Assembly: GCA_046497275.1 (NCBI GenBank) | Contig: JAWOFX010000168.1 | Coordinates: 1 to 10,617, forward strand | DNA from: Promethearchaeia archaeon | Lineage (GTDB): Archaea; Asgardarchaeota; Lokiarchaeia; Sigyniarchaeales; SOKP01 | DNA length: 10,617 nucleotides | Direction of reading: 5' to 3' | Shown: positions 8,816 through 10,617 of the stretch, in pieces | How the letters are laid out: each line of letters opens with the position of its first letter | Numbering within the stretch: the stretch's first letter is position 1 | Notes under the pieces: generated by a model | What the model saw: the letters and a program-made list of their open reading frames with translations, nothing else | Told to the model about the DNA's origin: nothing | Databases searched by the model: none | Translations under genes and position numbers: made by a program

Positions 8816-8834
8816 AAGAGGAGATCCTCCTCTT
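8816..8834. repeat. Perfect 8-bp inverted repeat AAGAGGAG-ATC-CTCCTCTT
   Basis: Read directly from the sequence. It is comparatively GC-rich within the very AT-rich divergent ilvE/tRNA-Cys intergenic region. Confidence 0.6.
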
Positions 8835-8880
8835 TAAATCAAAAAATTAAAATTTTATATTACGTTCTAACATTTAAGTC

Positions 8881-8902
8881 TTTTTAAAGATAAGCCCTTA
8901 TC
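8881..8902 (+). promoter_or_regulatory. TATA-like box for tRNA-Cys followed by the palindrome GATAAG-CC-CTTATC
   Basis: TTTTTAAA at 8881-8888 lies 21-28 nt upstream of the tRNA 5' end. A 6-bp inverted repeat follows at 8889-8902. Confidence 0.5.
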
Positions 8903-8908
8903 AAACGA

Positions 8909-8979
8909 GCCAGAGTCGCTTAGCGGCCGAGCGTCAGCCTGCAGAGTTGATAACGAGGGTTCAATTCCCTCCTCTGGCT
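8909..8979 (+). tRNA. trnC: tRNA-Cys (GCA), intronless, CCA not encoded
   Basis: The cloverleaf folds as follows: acceptor GCCAGAG/CTCTGGC, D stem GCTT/GAGC, anticodon stem TCAGC/GTTGA with loop CT-GCA-GA (anticodon 8941-8943, G37), 4-nt variable loop, T stem GAGGG/CCCTC with loop TTCAATT, and the U73 discriminator typical of tRNA-Cys. Confidence 0.96.
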
Positions 8980-9042
8980 TCATTCCTGAACCTTGTCAAT
9001 TGAATATGACTTCCGTATAAAAATTCAAAAATGAGAATGAAT

Positions 9043-10389
9043 TTATTTTTGTTTTTCCCATTTCTTTAAATACATTACTTCTGAGAGAGTTGAGCCACGC
9101 TTAATTTCTTCTCGAATTCGATTCTCTTTTTCAAATACATCAATCGCTCGGTTCGCCATCTCTTGAGCTTTTGCTTTTGGAATTACTACAACTCCAGAAT
9201 CATCTCCTACAATCCAATCTCCTGGGTCCACTCGTTTGCTAGCACATTCAATACTTACATTAATCTCTCCAAGCCCTCGGGGTTCCCCTGCCGTTGGGGT
9301 AAAATGTCTCGCAAATAGTGGTAATTTAATTTTTCGAATATCATCTATATCTCTTACTGCGCCATCAATAACTACTCCTGCAATTCCTTTAACTTTACAA
9401 CTCCAAGAAGCTAATTCACCCCATACCGCATCTCTTCCTTCACAAGCATCGATTACTATCACATCTCCCTCATTTGCTTCTTCTATAGCCTCAACTGGTT
9501 TACTCCAATCTCCATTATAAGCTCTTACTGTGACAGCGGGACCTGCGAATTTTAATGGTTTCTCTTCTGTACCGATCCAAACTGGCTTTAACCCTTGCAT
9601 TTCCCCCATTCGGTGCATCGCATCAGAAATATTTGGACATGAAACTTTCATCAATGCATCTCGAATATGTTCTGCATCATATTTTTTATACAAGTCTGTT
9701 TCAACTGGTTTCGCAGACCTAATCGCCTCTTTTATTTTTTGAGCTGTTTCTTTTGGTTTCTCTGATTTATATAATGCTCCCCCAACGATTATAACATCAA
9801 CACCAATCTCTTTTGCCTTCGCTGCAGTTTCACTGTTTATTCCTCCAGCTATTGCCAACCAAGTAGTAGGTTTAAGTTTATTTTTAAGCTTACTAGCAAC
9901 TTCAAGAGTCTTTTCTCCACCATAAATTGTTTGTTGATCAATTCCCACATGAGAACATATCATCCCAGCACCCATTTCTTCTAATTCTAATGCCCTTTCC
10001 ACTAATCTATCCGGAGGAATATCAATAGTATCACATCCTAAAATAACCCCATATTTACGAGCAGCTTCAATTGCCTCAGTTACCGAAGCATCATCACTTC
10101 CTCCTAACATTAATACTACATCCGCACCAGATTTCGCTGCTATCTCAATTTCAATCGAACCACCATCCACAGTTTTCATATCTGCGACTATGGTATGCGT
10201 GGGAAACTTCTTATGGAGAACTCTTACCGAATTCATGCCTTCCGATTTAATAAGGGGTGTTCCTGCTTCTAACCACTCAACACCTCCTTCGACTGCCTCT
10301 TCAGCGATCTGCAAGGCACGATCTAAATTTATTAAATCAAGTGCAATCTGTAAAAAAGGTTCATTTTCTCTTTTTCTAATCAATTGCAA
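9043..10389 (-). CDS. Bifunctional 3-hexulose-6-phosphate synthase / RraA-family (HMG aldolase-like) fusion protein
   Basis: The N-terminal HPS (hxlA-like) domain has LQIALD, EAGTPLIKSEG, ADMKTVD, HVGIDQQ and AGGI. The C-terminal RraA-like domain has ISDAM, AGPAVTV, AVWGEL, VIDGAVRD and GDWIVGDDSGVVVIP. The true start is probably the TTG at 10383, which has AGGT 8 nt upstream, rather than 10389. Confidence 0.92.
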   Translation of the reverse strand: MQLIRKRENEPFLQIALDLINLDRALQIAEEAVEGGVEWLEAGTPLIKSEGMNSVRVLHKKFPTHTIVADMKTVDGGSIEIEIAAKSGADVVLMLGGSDDASVTEAIEAARKYGVILGCDTIDIPPDRLVERALELEEMGAGMICSHVGIDQQTIYGGEKTLEVASKLKNKLKPTTWLAIAGGINSETAAKAKEIGVDVIIVGGALYKSEKPKETAQKIKEAIRSAKPVETDLYKKYDAEHIRDALMKVSCPNISDAMHRMGEMQGLKPVWIGTEEKPLKFAGPAVTVRAYNGDWSKPVEAIEEANEGDVIVIDACEGRDAVWGELASWSCKVKGIAGVVIDGAVRDIDDIRKIKLPLFARHFTPTAGEPRGLGEINVSIECASKRVDPGDWIVGDDSGVVVIPKAKAQEMANRAIDVFEKENRIREEIKRGSTLSEVMYLKKWEKQK

Positions 10390-10617
10390 TTACCTATTTT
10401 ATTTGAATATTTAAAATCTTTAATATCCGAAAGAAATAATGCATAATGGAAAATAAAAATTTTGTATGGTTTTTTTAAATTCTATTTCATTTTTTCGTAT
10501 TCATAAATTTTTAATAAGTAAATTTTTATATCTTTTCTAGGTAAATTTTTCTTTTAACCTTATATTGTTTGTCTAAATAAAATTATAAATCTTGAAATTG
10601 TTATATTATACATAAAA

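Noticed and set aside
8909-8979. tRNA-Cys as an integration (att) site for a mobile element
   Set aside because: I found no duplicated tRNA 3' fragment, integrase or other mobile-element gene in the window.
9236-10414. ORFs 9236..9520, 9530..9742 and 10190..10414 (+)
   Set aside because: They are antisense shadows of the HPS-RraA gene.

Overview
This low-GC archaeal window most likely comes from an Asgard archaeon (Lokiarchaeia/Promethearchaeota). That assignment is inferred from an oversized ES39 expansion segment in the 23S rRNA and a gelsolin-domain gene. Contents in order: 3' end of an archaeal 23S rRNA with no adjacent 5S; geranylgeranyl reductase (+); a three-module gelsolin / conserved-looking middle domain / helix-hairpin-helix protein (-); DUF998-like membrane protein (-); a tightly linked ywgA-like gene followed by a SAMHD1/YwfO-like HD dNTP triphosphohydrolase (-); acyl-CoA thioesterase (+); YfcE-type metallophosphoesterase (-); an uncalled 47-codon small ORF (+); ilvE (-); tRNA-Cys(GCA) (+); and a hexulose-6-phosphate synthase-RraA fusion (-). 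The most interesting items are the gelsolin-HhH fusion, the candidate regulated dNTP-depletion (toxin-antitoxin or antiviral) pair, and the ~210-nt ES39. Family assignments come from motif recognition by eye; no database searches were run.
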